64,000 bases of DNA from an uncultured Gemmatimonadota bacterium (GTDB taxonomy: Bacteria; JAAXHH01). Numbering within the stretch: position 1 is the stretch's first letter; each line of letters opens with the position of its first letter. The stretch spans positions 3,072,001 through 3,136,000 of the forward strand of contig OX638340.1 in NCBI GenBank assembly GCA_951812955.1. Direction: 5' to 3'. The position numbers were made by a program, and so were the translations under genes. Positions 9,194 through 19,480 of this stretch are shown one piece after another. Under the pieces are notes generated by a model that was not told where the DNA came from, did not search any database, and worked only from the letters and a program-made list of their open reading frames with translations.

Positions 9194-9805
9194 ATGAACA
9201 CGGTCAAGATCAAGATTTGCGGCATCACGAATGAAGCGGACGCCTCCGCGGCGGTCCACGCGGGCGCGGACGCGCTGGGTTTCATTTTTTACGGTGGCAG
9301 CCCCCGGTACGTCGAGCCGGAGCAGGTCGCGGACATCGTGGGCGGCCTGCCGCCTTTCGTCGTGCCGGTAGGCGTTTTCGTGAACGCGTCGGTGGACGAA
9401 GTCGACGAAGTCTGCGAGAACACGGGGATCCAGGTCGCACAGCTCCATGGCGATGAATCGCCGGATTTTTGCACCAACGTGGGCCGGCCCGTCGTCAAGG
9501 CCCTTCGCGTCAGGGACGCGTCCTGGAAATCCGATGCCGCGGCCTATGCCGTCGGCGCGGTGCTGCTCGATACGTACGCCGAAGACCGGTATGGCGGTAC
9601 AGGGGTTGTGTTCGACTGGCGGCTCGTGGAAGGCAGCCCCCACCGCGTCATTCTGAGCGGCGGGCTGAACCCGATGAACGTGGCCGAGGCCGTGCGGAGC
9701 GTGCGTCCCTACGGTGTGGACACGGGGAGCGGTGTGGAGCGGGAGCCGGGCCGCAAGGATCACGGAAAGATCCGGGCCTTCGTGGAGGCCGCGAGGGGGG
9801 CGTAA
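9194..9805 (+). CDS. trpF: Phosphoribosylanthranilate isomerase
   Basis: 203 aa; KICGIT, QLHGDE motifs. Confidence 0.85.
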   Translation: MNTVKIKICGITNEADASAAVHAGADALGFIFYGGSPRYVEPEQVADIVGGLPPFVVPVGVFVNASVDEVDEVCENTGIQVAQLHGDESPDFCTNVGRPVVKALRVRDASWKSDAAAYAVGAVLLDTYAEDRYGGTGVVFDWRLVEGSPHRVILSGGLNPMNVAEAVRSVRPYGVDTGSGVEREPGRKDHGKIRAFVEAARGA

Positions 9806-10698
9806 TGAACACGCTGGACGAGGACGGGTCCCGGGGACTTTCTATTTCCGGTTCGACCCGCGTGGTCGGCGTATGCGGCCGGGGCATCGGTTACACCCTT
9901 TCGCCGGCCATGCACAACGCCGCCTTTCGGCATTGCGGACTGGACTACGTGTATGTAACCTTCGAAATCGCGGCGGCCGCCGTTCGACAGGCGGTAGACG
10001 GGATCCGGGGACTCGGGCTGGCGGGCGTAAACGTGACCAAGCCGCTCAAGACGGACGTACTGCCCTACCTGGACGAGGTGTCCGACGAGGCCCGAAGGAT
10101 CGGGTCGGTCAATACCATCGTCAACCGCTCGGGCCGGCTCGCCGGCGCTTCGACGGACGGCGCCGGACTACTGCGGGCACTCAGCGGAAAGGGTGTCACC
10201 GTCGAGGATTCGAGGGTGGTTATCCTGGGTGCCGGCGGTGCGGCCCGGGCGGCCTGCCATATGGCCAGGAGCGCGGGGGCGGGCTCGATTGCCATAGCCG
10301 CACGCGACGCGGCGCGCGCCGAAGACACCGCGGCGGTGGGAGGCGCATCGGCGGTTTCCCTGGCGCCGCGGGAACTGGGCGCCGCGATCGGGAGCGCCGA
10401 TCTGGTCATCAACGCGATCCCCGCGGACCTGCCCCTGGATGAAGACTGGTTCAATGCGGGACAATTTGTCTACGAAACGCGTTACGACCAGGAGGAGACA
10501 GGACTTATGCGTAACGCCCGGTCCCGGGGCGCGGGCGCGTTGAACGGCATCGATATGCTGCTGTTTCAAGGTGCTGAGTCGTTTGAGATCTGGACCGGAC
10601 GGCAGGCTCCGGTCGAAGTGATGAGAAGCGCCCTGGAAGATCAGTTGCGGCGCCGGGTAGACCAGGATGGGGCTGGTCATCCGGGACGTCCGACATAG
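9805..10698 (+). CDS. aroE: Shikimate dehydrogenase
   Basis: ATG at 9805 overlaps trpF TAA (TAATG); MNTLDE...GVCGRGIGYTLSPAMHNAAF, NVTKP, LGAGGAARAA. Confidence 0.85.
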   Translation: MNTLDEDGSRGLSISGSTRVVGVCGRGIGYTLSPAMHNAAFRHCGLDYVYVTFEIAAAAVRQAVDGIRGLGLAGVNVTKPLKTDVLPYLDEVSDEARRIGSVNTIVNRSGRLAGASTDGAGLLRALSGKGVTVEDSRVVILGAGGAARAACHMARSAGAGSIAIAARDAARAEDTAAVGGASAVSLAPRELGAAIGSADLVINAIPADLPLDEDWFNAGQFVYETRYDQEETGLMRNARSRGAGALNGIDMLLFQGAESFEIWTGRQAPVEVMRSALEDQLRRRVDQDGAGHPGRPT

Positions 10699-10801
10699 TG
10701 ATGGCGCTGAGGCCGGCGGCGCGGTTACATCGTCCGGCGGCGTACATATGCTTGACGGTCCGGGGCAGACCGGGCCGGGACCCTAGAAATCTGGAGACCG
10801 C

Positions 10802-11959
10802 ATGTTACGATACCTGACCGCAGGAGAATCTCACGGACCGGCGATATCGGCGATCCTCGAAGGGCTGCCCGCGGGGGTACCGGTCGCGGCGGAAGAGGTC
10901 AACCGCGACCTGAAACGGCGCCAGGGAGGATACGGACGAGGCCGGAGAATGCAGATCGAGACCGATACGATCGAAATCCGGGGCGGCGTCCGCCATGGAA
11001 AGACTATGGGCGGCCCGGTTTCCCTTGTGGTCCAGAACCAGGACTGGAAGAACTGGACGGACGTGATGTCGATCGAGGAGGCCGACGGTCCGGTGAGGCG
11101 CCGGGTGACGCGGCCCCGGCCGGGGCATGCCGACCTGGCGGGTGGCCTGAAGTACGACCGCCGCGACCTCCGGGACATCCTCGAGCGGGCCAGCGCCCGG
11201 GAAACGACCATGCGGGTTGCCGTCGGCGCAATCGCCCGCTCCCTGCTGGCGGAGTTCGGCATCCATGTACTCAGTCACGTCGTGCGGATCGGGCAGGTGG
11301 ACGCGGACGTGAGCGGACTGTCGAACGAACAGATCCTGGAACGGGCCGAGGCGTCGCCCGTGCGCTGCGCCGACGCGGACGCCGCGCAGAAGATGATCGG
11401 AGAAATCGACCGGGCAAAGTCCCTCAAGGACACGATCGGCGGAGTCTTCGAGGTCAAGGTGCTGAACGCGCCCCCCGGACTGGGCAGTCATGTGCAGTGG
11501 GACCGCAAGCTCGACGGACGACTCGCCCAGGCGGTCATGAGCATCCAGGCCGTGAAGGGGGTCGAGATCGGACTGGGCTTTGGCGTGTCCCGGGTGCTGG
11601 GTTCCGAGGTCCACGACGAGATCCACTATGGCGACGGCCGTTTTTACCGGGAAACGAACCGGGCCGGCGGCATCGAGGGCGGCATGACCGAAGGCGAGGA
11701 AATCGTGGTGCGCGGCGCCCTTAAGCCCATCGCGACCCTGATGCGCACCATCATGTCGGTGGATATCGAGACCAAGGAAGCCTTCGATTCCGCCAAGGAG
11801 CGTTCGGACGTCTGCACCGTACCCGCCGCCGGCGTGATCGGCGAAGCGGTGGTGGCCTTCGTCGTCGCCGACGCCATGCAGGAGAAATTCGGCGGCGACA
11901 GCCTGGAGGAGATGAAGCGGAACTACCAGGGCTACAAGGACCAGTTGGCCCGTTACTAG
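10802..11959 (+). CDS. aroC: Chorismate synthase
   Basis: 385 aa; MLRYLTAGESHGP, GRSSARETTMRVAVGA-like motifs. Confidence 0.9.
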   Translation: MLRYLTAGESHGPAISAILEGLPAGVPVAAEEVNRDLKRRQGGYGRGRRMQIETDTIEIRGGVRHGKTMGGPVSLVVQNQDWKNWTDVMSIEEADGPVRRRVTRPRPGHADLAGGLKYDRRDLRDILERASARETTMRVAVGAIARSLLAEFGIHVLSHVVRIGQVDADVSGLSNEQILERAEASPVRCADADAAQKMIGEIDRAKSLKDTIGGVFEVKVLNAPPGLGSHVQWDRKLDGRLAQAVMSIQAVKGVEIGLGFGVSRVLGSEVHDEIHYGDGRFYRETNRAGGIEGGMTEGEEIVVRGALKPIATLMRTIMSVDIETKEAFDSAKERSDVCTVPAAGVIGEAVVAFVVADAMQEKFGGDSLEEMKRNYQGYKDQLARY

Positions 11960-11963
11960 CGGA

Positions 11964-13643
11964 TTGTCCGGAGCATTTACCGGCAGCGCGCGGCCTCGGA
12001 TATCACCGGTCGAGGCGATCACGACAGGCAGGCGGCACGTGGCGAAAACTGGACAGGAGAAAGCCGGCGGCATCGTCCTGATCGGTTTCATGGGCACCGG
12101 AAAGACGGCGGTGGGGCGGCGGCTCGCAGGCGCCCTCGGCCTGCCCTTCGTGGACACCGACACGCTGATAGAGGAGCAGGCCGCGACCAGTATTCCGGAT
12201 CTCTTCAGGACGCGGGGCGAGACGGGTTTCCGGGCAATCGAGAAGCAGGTCATTCGCAGCCTTGCCGACGGGGAGCGCCGGGTGATCGCCACCGGAGGCG
12301 GCGCCGTGCTCGATCCGGACAACTTCGACGTGCTCAGGTCCCTCGGTCCGGTTATTCACCTGAGCGCGCCGGCGCCGACTATCCTGGCGCGAACGAAAGG
12401 CGACGCCGGCGTGCGGCCCCTGCTGGCCGGGGACGACCCGCTGGAGCGGATCCGGTCGCTTCAACGGGTGCGTGCGCCGGTCTACGGCCGAGCGGACCAC
12501 GAAGTCGACACGTCACGGCATACCATAGACGAGACCGTGGAGATGGTCATGGCATGGACCGGAAACGGCGAGCGCGTGATCCGGGTAGAACTCGGGGACG
12601 ACAGCTACGATATCGTGATCGGATCCGGCTGTCTCGGACGCCTGGGCTCCTTGATGAGTTCCTTCGACCTGACCGATCGCGCACTGGTCGTAACCCACCC
12701 GGATATCGCCACGCTCTACGGGGAACGGGCTGCGGACTCCCTGCGTTCGGCCGGCTTCGAACCGGCCGTGATCGAGGTGCCGGCCGGAGAAGAACAGAAA
12801 TCGCTGCAATGGGCCGAGAAGCTATACGACGCGATGCTGTCCCATCGCATGGACCGCCGTTCCCCCGTCATCGCGCTGGGCGGCGGGGTGGCCGGGGACC
12901 TGGCCGGCTTCGCCGCGGCCACCTTCCTGCGCGGCATTCCATTCATACAGGCTCCTACTTCTCTCCTCGCCCAGGTGGACGCCAGCGTGGGGGGCAAGGT
13001 CGCCGTGGACCACCGTCGTGGGAAGAACCTGATCGGCGCCTTCTACCAGCCTCTGCTCGTACTGGCCAGCCTGGACACGCTAGACAGTCTGCCCGATCGG
13101 GAACTGCGCGCGGGCATGGCGGAAGTGATCAAGTATGGGGTCATTGCAGACGCCGGCCTTTTCACCTATATTGAGGGTCGCCTTGACGAGATACTCAGGC
13201 GCGAATACGGTGCGCTCGCCCATCTGGTGGCCCGGTCCTGCGAGATCAAGGCCGATGTCGTTGCCGGGGACGAGCGTGAGCAGGGTCGGCGGGCCATACT
13301 CAACTTCGGCCACACCATGGGGCATGCCATCGAGACGCAGACCGGCATGCTGCACGGAGAGGCCGTGGCGATCGGCATGGTCTACGCGGCCCGTGTCGCG
13401 AAACGCCTGGGCATGCTGGACGGCGACAGCGTGCAAAGGCTGATCGAGTTGGTGCGTCGAACGGGGTTGCCGGTGCGCTGCGACGGCCTTGACGCTTCGG
13501 CGACCCTCGAAACCATGAAGTTGGACAAGAAATCGGTCGGTGGCCGCATGCGTTTCATCCTGCCGGAGCGAATTGGCGCGGTGGTCATCCGGGACGACGT
13601 CCCCAATGATTATATCCGGTCGGTCTTGACCGCGGGAACCTGA
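11964..13643 (+). CDS. aroKB: Bifunctional shikimate kinase / 3-dehydroquinate synthase (AroK-AroB fusion); true start may be internal near 12060
   Basis: 559 aa single ORF: N-terminal shikimate kinase Walker [22 protein letters not shown]-terminal DHQ synthase ([33 protein letters not shown]). Confidence 0.85.
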   Translation: MSGAFTGSARPRISPVEAITTGRRHVAKTGQEKAGGIVLIGFMGTGKTAVGRRLAGALGLPFVDTDTLIEEQAATSIPDLFRTRGETGFRAIEKQVIRSLADGERRVIATGGGAVLDPDNFDVLRSLGPVIHLSAPAPTILARTKGDAGVRPLLAGDDPLERIRSLQRVRAPVYGRADHEVDTSRHTIDETVEMVMAWTGNGERVIRVELGDDSYDIVIGSGCLGRLGSLMSSFDLTDRALVVTHPDIATLYGERAADSLRSAGFEPAVIEVPAGEEQKSLQWAEKLYDAMLSHRMDRRSPVIALGGGVAGDLAGFAAATFLRGIPFIQAPTSLLAQVDASVGGKVAVDHRRGKNLIGAFYQPLLVLASLDTLDSLPDRELRAGMAEVIKYGVIADAGLFTYIEGRLDEILRREYGALAHLVARSCEIKADVVAGDEREQGRRAILNFGHTMGHAIETQTGMLHGEAVAIGMVYAARVAKRLGMLDGDSVQRLIELVRRTGLPVRCDGLDASATLETMKLDKKSVGGRMRFILPERIGAVVIRDDVPNDYIRSVLTAGT

Positions 13644-13676
13644 GTAGCGGCGCTACCAGGCAAAACGGAACGAAAC

Positions 13677-14123
13677 ATGAAATTACTCGTGTTGCACGGT
13701 CCGAATCTGAATATGCTGGGTGTCCGGGAACCGGAGGTCTACGGCAGAGATACGCTGGAAGACATCAACCGGTCCCTCGAGTCGGCCGCGGCGGACCAGG
13801 GAGTCGAGTTGCGCATTCGCCAGTCCAATCACGAAGGGGTGCTAGTGGACGAGATTCAGGAGGCCCTCGGGCGGGCGGAAGGCATCCTGATCAATCCCGG
13901 CGCGTACACGCATACGAGCATCGCCCTGCGCGACGCGATCGTCGCCGTGGGCCTGCCCGTCGTGGAGGTGCACCTGTCCGACATTCACGCCCGGGAGCAT
14001 TTCCGGCGCCATTCCTATATCGAGCCTGTGGCGCTCACGCAGATCTGCGGACATGGAAGCAGAAGTTACCTGCTGGGCCTGGAGGCCCTGGTCGATCATA
14101 TCAGGACGGGGAGCGAGGGATGA
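13677..14123 (+). CDS. aroQ: 3-dehydroquinate dehydratase, type II
   Basis: 148 aa; [33 protein letters not shown]. Confidence 0.9.
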   Translation: MKLLVLHGPNLNMLGVREPEVYGRDTLEDINRSLESAAADQGVELRIRQSNHEGVLVDEIQEALGRAEGILINPGAYTHTSIALRDAIVAVGLPVVEVHLSDIHAREHFRRHSYIEPVALTQICGHGSRSYLLGLEALVDHIRTGSEG

Positions 14124-15340
14124 CTGCCACCGCACTGCCTGACAAAAGAGGACACTTCGGGGTCTTCGGCGGCCGTTACGTCCCGGAAACGCTGATGACG
14201 GCCCTGGACGAACTCCTCGAGGTATATGAAGCGGCGACGCGGGATCCCGTCTTCGAGGATGAATTCCGCTACTTCCTGGCGGACTACGTGGGCCGGCCTT
14301 CCCCCCTTTACTTCGCGGAACGACTGACGGAGACCCTCGGCGGCGCCCGGATCTACCTCAAGCGGGAAGACCTGAACCACACGGGCGCCCACAAGATCAA
14401 TAACACCATCGGCCAGATCCTGCTGACCCGGCGCATGAATAAACCCCGGGTCATCGCCGAGACCGGAGCCGGCCAGCACGGCGTGGCCACGGCGACCGTG
14501 GCCGCCCGTTTCGGCCTGGAGTGCGACGTCTACATGGGGACCGAGGACATGGAACGCCAGGCGCTTAACGTCTTCCGCATGCGCCTGATGGGGAGCCGGG
14601 TCATCGGCGTCGACGCGGGCAGCCGCACGCTGAAGGACGCGCTGAACGAAGCCCTGCGCGACTGGGCGACCAACGTGCGGCATACCCATTACATCATCGG
14701 ATCGGTGGCGGGGCCCCATCCCTTCCCCTTGATGGTACGGGAATTCCAGTCGGTCATCGGCCGCGAAGCGCGCGGGCAGATCCTGGAGAAGGAAGGGCGG
14801 CTGCCGGATATGCTTGTCGCCTGCGTGGGGGGAGGCAGCAACGCCATCGGCCTCTTTCATCCTTTTCTAGACGACGAAGTGCAACTGGTCGGCGTGGAAG
14901 GGGCGGGGCACGGGCTCGACACCGGCCTGCACGCCGCGACGCTGGGCCAGGGCACGCCGGGCGTACTGCACGGCGCCATGAGCTATACGGGACAGGACGC
15001 AAATGGCCAGATCCAGGTCGCCCATTCCATCTCCGCCGGGCTGGACTATCCCGGTGTGGGACCCGAGCACAGCTACCTGAAGGACTCCGGCCGCGCGGAT
15101 TACGTCAGTGTGACCGATGACGAGGCGCTGGAGGCCTTCGAGCTGCTGTCCAGGGTCGAAGGCATCATACCCGCCCTGGAAAGCGCCCACGCCATCGGCC
15201 ATATCGCCCGGATCGCCCCGGGAATGGACCGGGATCAGATCATTGTCGCCGGGCTGTCGGGCCGCGGGGACAAGGATGTCGAGCAGGTATACGGATTCAT
15301 GGACCAGGAGCGGGTGGACCAGGAGCGGATGGAGGGCTGA
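14120..15340 (+). CDS. trpB: Tryptophan synthase beta chain
   Basis: 406 aa; [26 protein letters not shown] motifs. Confidence 0.9.
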   Translation: MTATALPDKRGHFGVFGGRYVPETLMTALDELLEVYEAATRDPVFEDEFRYFLADYVGRPSPLYFAERLTETLGGARIYLKREDLNHTGAHKINNTIGQILLTRRMNKPRVIAETGAGQHGVATATVAARFGLECDVYMGTEDMERQALNVFRMRLMGSRVIGVDAGSRTLKDALNEALRDWATNVRHTHYIIGSVAGPHPFPLMVREFQSVIGREARGQILEKEGRLPDMLVACVGGGSNAIGLFHPFLDDEVQLVGVEGAGHGLDTGLHAATLGQGTPGVLHGAMSYTGQDANGQIQVAHSISAGLDYPGVGPEHSYLKDSGRADYVSVTDDEALEAFELLSRVEGIIPALESAHAIGHIARIAPGMDRDQIIVAGLSGRGDKDVEQVYGFMDQERVDQERMEG

Positions 15341-16162
15341 ATGAACCGCATTGAAGAGACCTTCGCGACGCTTAAGTCTGCGGAACGGAAAGCGCTCGTC
15401 CCGTACATCATGGCGGGAGATCCGGACCTGGAAACGACCGCCGACCTGGTCGTGGAACTGGATCGCCGCGGCGCCGACCTGGTCGAACTGGGCGTTCCCT
15501 TCTCCGATCCCATCGCGGACGGCCCGACGATACAGCGCGCCGCGCTGCGGGCCCTGGATCAGGGCACGACCCTCCGGAACATCGTCGGTACGGTCGGATC
15601 CATCCGGGAGCGGTCGGACATACCAATCGTCCTGATGACCTATTACAACCCGGTACTCGCCTACGGTATCGAGGATCTTTGCCGAGATGCCGTCCGCACA
15701 GGTGTGGACGGTCTGATCGTACCCGACCTCCCGCCGGAAGAGGGCGGCGACCTGTCCGATGCCTGCCGGCGACATGGACTCACCGTCGTGTTCCTGGTGG
15801 CGCCCACGAGCACAAAGGCCCGGATCGAACTGGTGGGCCGCCACACCACGGGATTCGTATACTGCGTCTCCCTGACCGGCGTCACGGGCGCCCGGGGAAA
15901 GCTGGCGGACGGGGTGGACGAGTTTATGGCGCTGGTGCGGTCCCACACGGACCGGCCCCTTGGCCTGGGATTCGGCATTTCGTCGCCGGAACAGGCCAAT
16001 GAGGCCGCCCGGCTGGCCGACGGGGTCATCGTGGGCAGTGCCATAATCAACGTAATGGAAGAACACGCCGGCGAGCCGGATTTGATCCGGACCGTGGGCG
16101 AATACGTGGCTTCACTGAGAGCGGGCATAGACAGGAAGAACCCGGTGACCGCGCCGGGGTGA
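15341..16162 (+). CDS. trpA: Tryptophan synthase alpha chain
   Basis: 273 aa; LVPYIMAGDPDLETT, ELGVPFSDPIADGP, GFGIS. Confidence 0.9.
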   Translation: MNRIEETFATLKSAERKALVPYIMAGDPDLETTADLVVELDRRGADLVELGVPFSDPIADGPTIQRAALRALDQGTTLRNIVGTVGSIRERSDIPIVLMTYYNPVLAYGIEDLCRDAVRTGVDGLIVPDLPPEEGGDLSDACRRHGLTVVFLVAPTSTKARIELVGRHTTGFVYCVSLTGVTGARGKLADGVDEFMALVRSHTDRPLGLGFGISSPEQANEAARLADGVIVGSAIINVMEEHAGEPDLIRTVGEYVASLRAGIDRKNPVTAPG

Positions 16163-16375
16163 TTTCGGGTAACGGGTTCGATGCCGGGGTAGCTTCTGGT
16201 GCCGGGTACGATGCCGTTTGCACAGGAATTGAACATGACAGCAGTTTCATCCAGCCAGGGAGATGCATGTGGGAGTCGAGGAGCCCGGTCGGGTCTCTGC
16301 GGCTCCCACGTATTCCAACCAACTTTTCAGGTATGTTTCTGATAGAATCCAGCATTCCGCATTCCAGGAGGAACC

Positions 16376-16741
16376 ATGGTCCGGGGCGTTCGAGGCGCCA
16401 TAACCGTTGAACTGAACACCGCCGATGCCATTGGAGAAGCGTCCCGGCGACTGCTGTCGGCGATCGTCGACGCCAATCGCATCGAATTGGAGCAGATCGC
16501 CAGCGTCATCTTTTCCGCGACGAAGGATCTCGACGCCGAGACGCCCGCATTGGGAGCGCGCCAGATGGGATGGACGTCGATCCCCCTGTTCTGCACCCAG
16601 GAGATGGAAGTCCCAGACGGACTTGCCCGGTGCATCCGGGTTCTGATTCACGTAAACACGGTAAAACCACAGGATGAAATACGGCATGTTTACCTGAACG
16701 GAGCCGTAGTACTCAGGCCGGACATCGCCGAAGGAGGTTGA
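16376..16741 (+). CDS. aroH: Chorismate mutase, AroH class (monofunctional)
   Basis: 121 aa; [12 protein letters not shown]...CIRVLIHV...[15 protein letters not shown] matches AroH-type CM; AGGAGG RBS 6 nt upstream. Confidence 0.8.
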   Translation: MVRGVRGAITVELNTADAIGEASRRLLSAIVDANRIELEQIASVIFSATKDLDAETPALGARQMGWTSIPLFCTQEMEVPDGLARCIRVLIHVNTVKPQDEIRHVYLNGAVVLRPDIAEGG

Positions 16742-16742
16742 A

Positions 16743-17759
16743 ATGGTGGTCGTAATGAAGCCGCAGGCTTCGGAAGACCAGAAGGAGCATGTAAGGGATA
16801 CCATCCGTGCTTTCGGCTGCAAACCGCGTGACATTCAGGGTGACGCAATTACAATTATCTGTCTTATCGGCAATACACTGAGCCTTTCGCCCGAACAGTT
16901 TGAAATCCTTGACGGGGTGGACCGGGTTCAGCGCATTCAGCGGCCATACAAGCTCGTAAGCCGGGAAGTGCAGCCGCACAAGACCCAATTTCAGGTAGGC
17001 AACGTCACGATCGGCGGCGATGGGATTACCATCATAGCCGGTCCCTGTTCGGTCGAATCCTATGACCAGTTCGTGGAAGCGGCGCGGCACGCCCGGGCGG
17101 CCGGGGCCCACATCATCCGCGGCGGCGCGTTCAAGCCGCGGACTTCCCCCTACAGTTTCCAGGGGCTCGGCGAGGAAGGCCTGAAGATCATGGCCCGGGT
17201 CAGCGAGGAAACGGGACTGCCGACCATCTCGGAGGTGATGGAGCCGGAAATGGAACCGATGGTCTCCGAGTACGTGGACATGCTGCAGGTCGGCGCGCGC
17301 AATATGCAGAACTACCCGCTGTTGAACGCCGTGGGACAGAGTTCCAGGCCCGTCATGCTCAAGCGCGGCATGTCCGCCACGATCGAGGAGATGCTGCTGG
17401 CGGCAGAATACATCCTTGCGGGGGGAAACCACAACGTCGTTCTGTGCGAGCGGGGTATACGGACCTTCGAGACCTGGACGCGGAATACACTCGACATCTC
17501 GGCCGTGCCGGTGTTACAGAAATACACCCATCTGCCGGTCTTCATCGATCCGAGCCACGGAACCGGCAACGCGGATTTCGTGGGTCCGGCGTCCCGGGCG
17601 GCCGTTGCGGTCGGCGCGGACGGACTCATGATCGAGATGCATCCCAGACCCGAGCGCGCACTTTCGGACGGGGACCAGTCTCTGACTCCGGAAGCGTTTG
17701 CCTCGCTGATTCCGGAATTGCAGGCGGTCGCGACAGCCGTGAACCGCACCATAGACTGA
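16743..17759 (+). CDS. aroF: 3-deoxy-7-phosphoheptulonate (DAHP) synthase, type I-beta with N-terminal ferredoxin-like regulatory domain
   Basis: 338 aa; N-terminal about 80 aa ([43 protein letters not shown]) resembles the FL regulatory domain of Thermotoga-type DAHPS; core [23 protein letters not shown]. Confidence 0.8.
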   Translation: MVVVMKPQASEDQKEHVRDTIRAFGCKPRDIQGDAITIICLIGNTLSLSPEQFEILDGVDRVQRIQRPYKLVSREVQPHKTQFQVGNVTIGGDGITIIAGPCSVESYDQFVEAARHARAAGAHIIRGGAFKPRTSPYSFQGLGEEGLKIMARVSEETGLPTISEVMEPEMEPMVSEYVDMLQVGARNMQNYPLLNAVGQSSRPVMLKRGMSATIEEMLLAAEYILAGGNHNVVLCERGIRTFETWTRNTLDISAVPVLQKYTHLPVFIDPSHGTGNADFVGPASRAAVAVGADGLMIEMHPRPERALSDGDQSLTPEAFASLIPELQAVATAVNRTID

Positions 17760-17767
17760 GTTCGTTT

Positions 17768-18631
17768 ATGCGAGTCACCATCATCGGAGTCGGATTGCTG
17801 GGCGGTTCCTTCGGCATGGCGCTCCGCAAGTCGGGGGCGGCGGATCATGTCGCGGGCGTCGACCTGGACCGGGCAACGCTCGACCGGGCCATCGATCGCG
17901 GCGCGGTCGACGAGGGATTCCTCGACCTGGCCGAGGGGGTGGAAAGGGCCGACCTGGTCGTGCTCGCCACGCCGGTCCGGGCCATACTCGAGATGCTGCC
18001 GGGCCTGGCGTCGATTCTCGGTGCGGAGACCGTCCTCCTGGACCTGGGCAGCACCAAGGAGGCCATCGTTTCCACCGTCGCCAGTCAGGCCGGAATCAAA
18101 CGGTATGTCGGCGGACACCCCATGGCGGGAACCGAGCACGCCGGCATCGAACACGCCGATGCCCGGTTGCTGCAAGACGCGACTTTCGCCCTGGTCCCGC
18201 CTCCCGAGGTCGATGAAGGGGCTGTCGATCTGCTCACGGATCTCGTCCGCGGGATCGGCGCCTGTCCCGTCGTCATTCCCGCGGAACGCCACGACCGGAT
18301 CGTTTCCATAACCAGCCACCTCCCCTACCTGCTGTCCGTAGTGTTGGCGCTCGCCGCGGAAAACATGGCGCGCGAGGAAGACCGCCTGGGAGCGTTTGCG
18401 GCATCGGGATTTCGGGACACCACCCGTCTGGCCGCGTCCAACGTGCGCGTGATGGCCGACATTTGTCTGACGAACGGCCGGCCACTGCTCCGCGGCATCG
18501 AGGACGCCAGGCGGTTGCTGGACGACCTGGCGGCGCTGATCGAGGAGGGACGCGAGTCGGAACTGGTGAGGACGCTGACGACAGCGAAGGAAAGCAGGGC
18601 CTCGTTGTTGGAGGAGAGGAGAACCGATTGA
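17768..18631 (+). CDS. tyrA: Prephenate dehydrogenase
   Basis: ATG 17768; MRVTIIGVGLLGGSFGMALRKSG Rossmann N-terminus, HPMAGTE motif. Confidence 0.85.
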   Translation: MRVTIIGVGLLGGSFGMALRKSGAADHVAGVDLDRATLDRAIDRGAVDEGFLDLAEGVERADLVVLATPVRAILEMLPGLASILGAETVLLDLGSTKEAIVSTVASQAGIKRYVGGHPMAGTEHAGIEHADARLLQDATFALVPPPEVDEGAVDLLTDLVRGIGACPVVIPAERHDRIVSITSHLPYLLSVVLALAAENMAREEDRLGAFAASGFRDTTRLAASNVRVMADICLTNGRPLLRGIEDARRLLDDLAALIEEGRESELVRTLTTAKESRASLLEERRTD

Positions 18632-19470
18632 ACAAGTACAGGACCGGCTTCCAGGGCGAACTGGGCGCTTTCAGCGAAATGGCCGTGCAGGCATATTTCG
18701 GGGACGCGGCCGAACCGGTGCCACACGGGTGGTTCGACGACGTGTTCCGCGCCGTGGACGAAGGGCGGTGCGACTACGGGATGCTTCCGATCGAAAACAC
18801 CCTCGCGGGCAGCATCCACGTCAATTACGACCTGATGCAGGAGCACGACCAGCAAATCGTCGGCGAGATCGTGCTCCGGATCGTCCACAACCTGATGGCG
18901 AAACCGGGTGTCCGCCCGGAGGAACTCCGCCGGGTCCAGTCTCATCCCAAGGCGCTGGAACAGTGCGTCCGGTTTTTCCGGGAACATCCGTCGCTGAAGC
19001 CCGAAACTGTTTACGACACGGGCGGCGCGGCCAAGATGCTAGGTGAGGGAGAAGACCGGGACATCGGCGTGATCGCGAGTACCCGCGCCGCGGAGCGGTA
19101 CGGACTCGAGATCCTGGAGCACGGCATCGAAGACAACGTCCAGAACTATACGCGTTTCCTGGTCCTGGGCAGGGAGCCCGAACCACCTGTGGGCGAACGC
19201 CTTAAGACCTCCATCGTGTTCTCGATGCCCCACGAACCCGGCACGTTGTTCAAGGCCATGAGCGTATTCGCGCTGCGGGACATCTCCATCAACAAGATCG
19301 AATCGCGGCCCCTGGTCGGATCCCCCTGGGAGTACCTGTTCTACCTGGATTTCGAGGGACACGCCGACAGTCTGCTCTGCAAACGTGCGCTCAACCACCT
19401 CCAGGAGATCGCGACCAACTTCAAGCTGCTGGGATCCTACGCCGAGGGCAGCATCGTGGACCGGGTCTGA
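18628..19470 (+). CDS. pheA: Prephenate dehydratase (PDT + ACT domain)
   Basis: TTG 18628 (RBS GGAGGAGAGGA upstream) overlapping tyrA stop; NYTRFLVLG (TRF motif), ESRPLVGSPWEYLFYLD (ESRP motif). Confidence 0.85.
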   Translation: MNKYRTGFQGELGAFSEMAVQAYFGDAAEPVPHGWFDDVFRAVDEGRCDYGMLPIENTLAGSIHVNYDLMQEHDQQIVGEIVLRIVHNLMAKPGVRPEELRRVQSHPKALEQCVRFFREHPSLKPETVYDTGGAAKMLGEGEDRDIGVIASTRAAERYGLEILEHGIEDNVQNYTRFLVLGREPEPPVGERLKTSIVFSMPHEPGTLFKAMSVFALRDISINKIESRPLVGSPWEYLFYLDFEGHADSLLCKRALNHLQEIATNFKLLGSYAEGSIVDRV

Positions 19471-19480
19471 AGGGAACGGA

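Noticed and set aside
8606-9763. 385-aa minus-strand ORF
   Set aside because: Antisense to trpC/trpF.
10805-12322. 505-aa minus-strand ORF
   Set aside because: Antisense to aroC and the aroK::aroB fusion. Arg/Pro/Gly-rich junk frame.
14867-16066. 399-aa minus-strand ORF
   Set aside because: Antisense to trpB/trpA.
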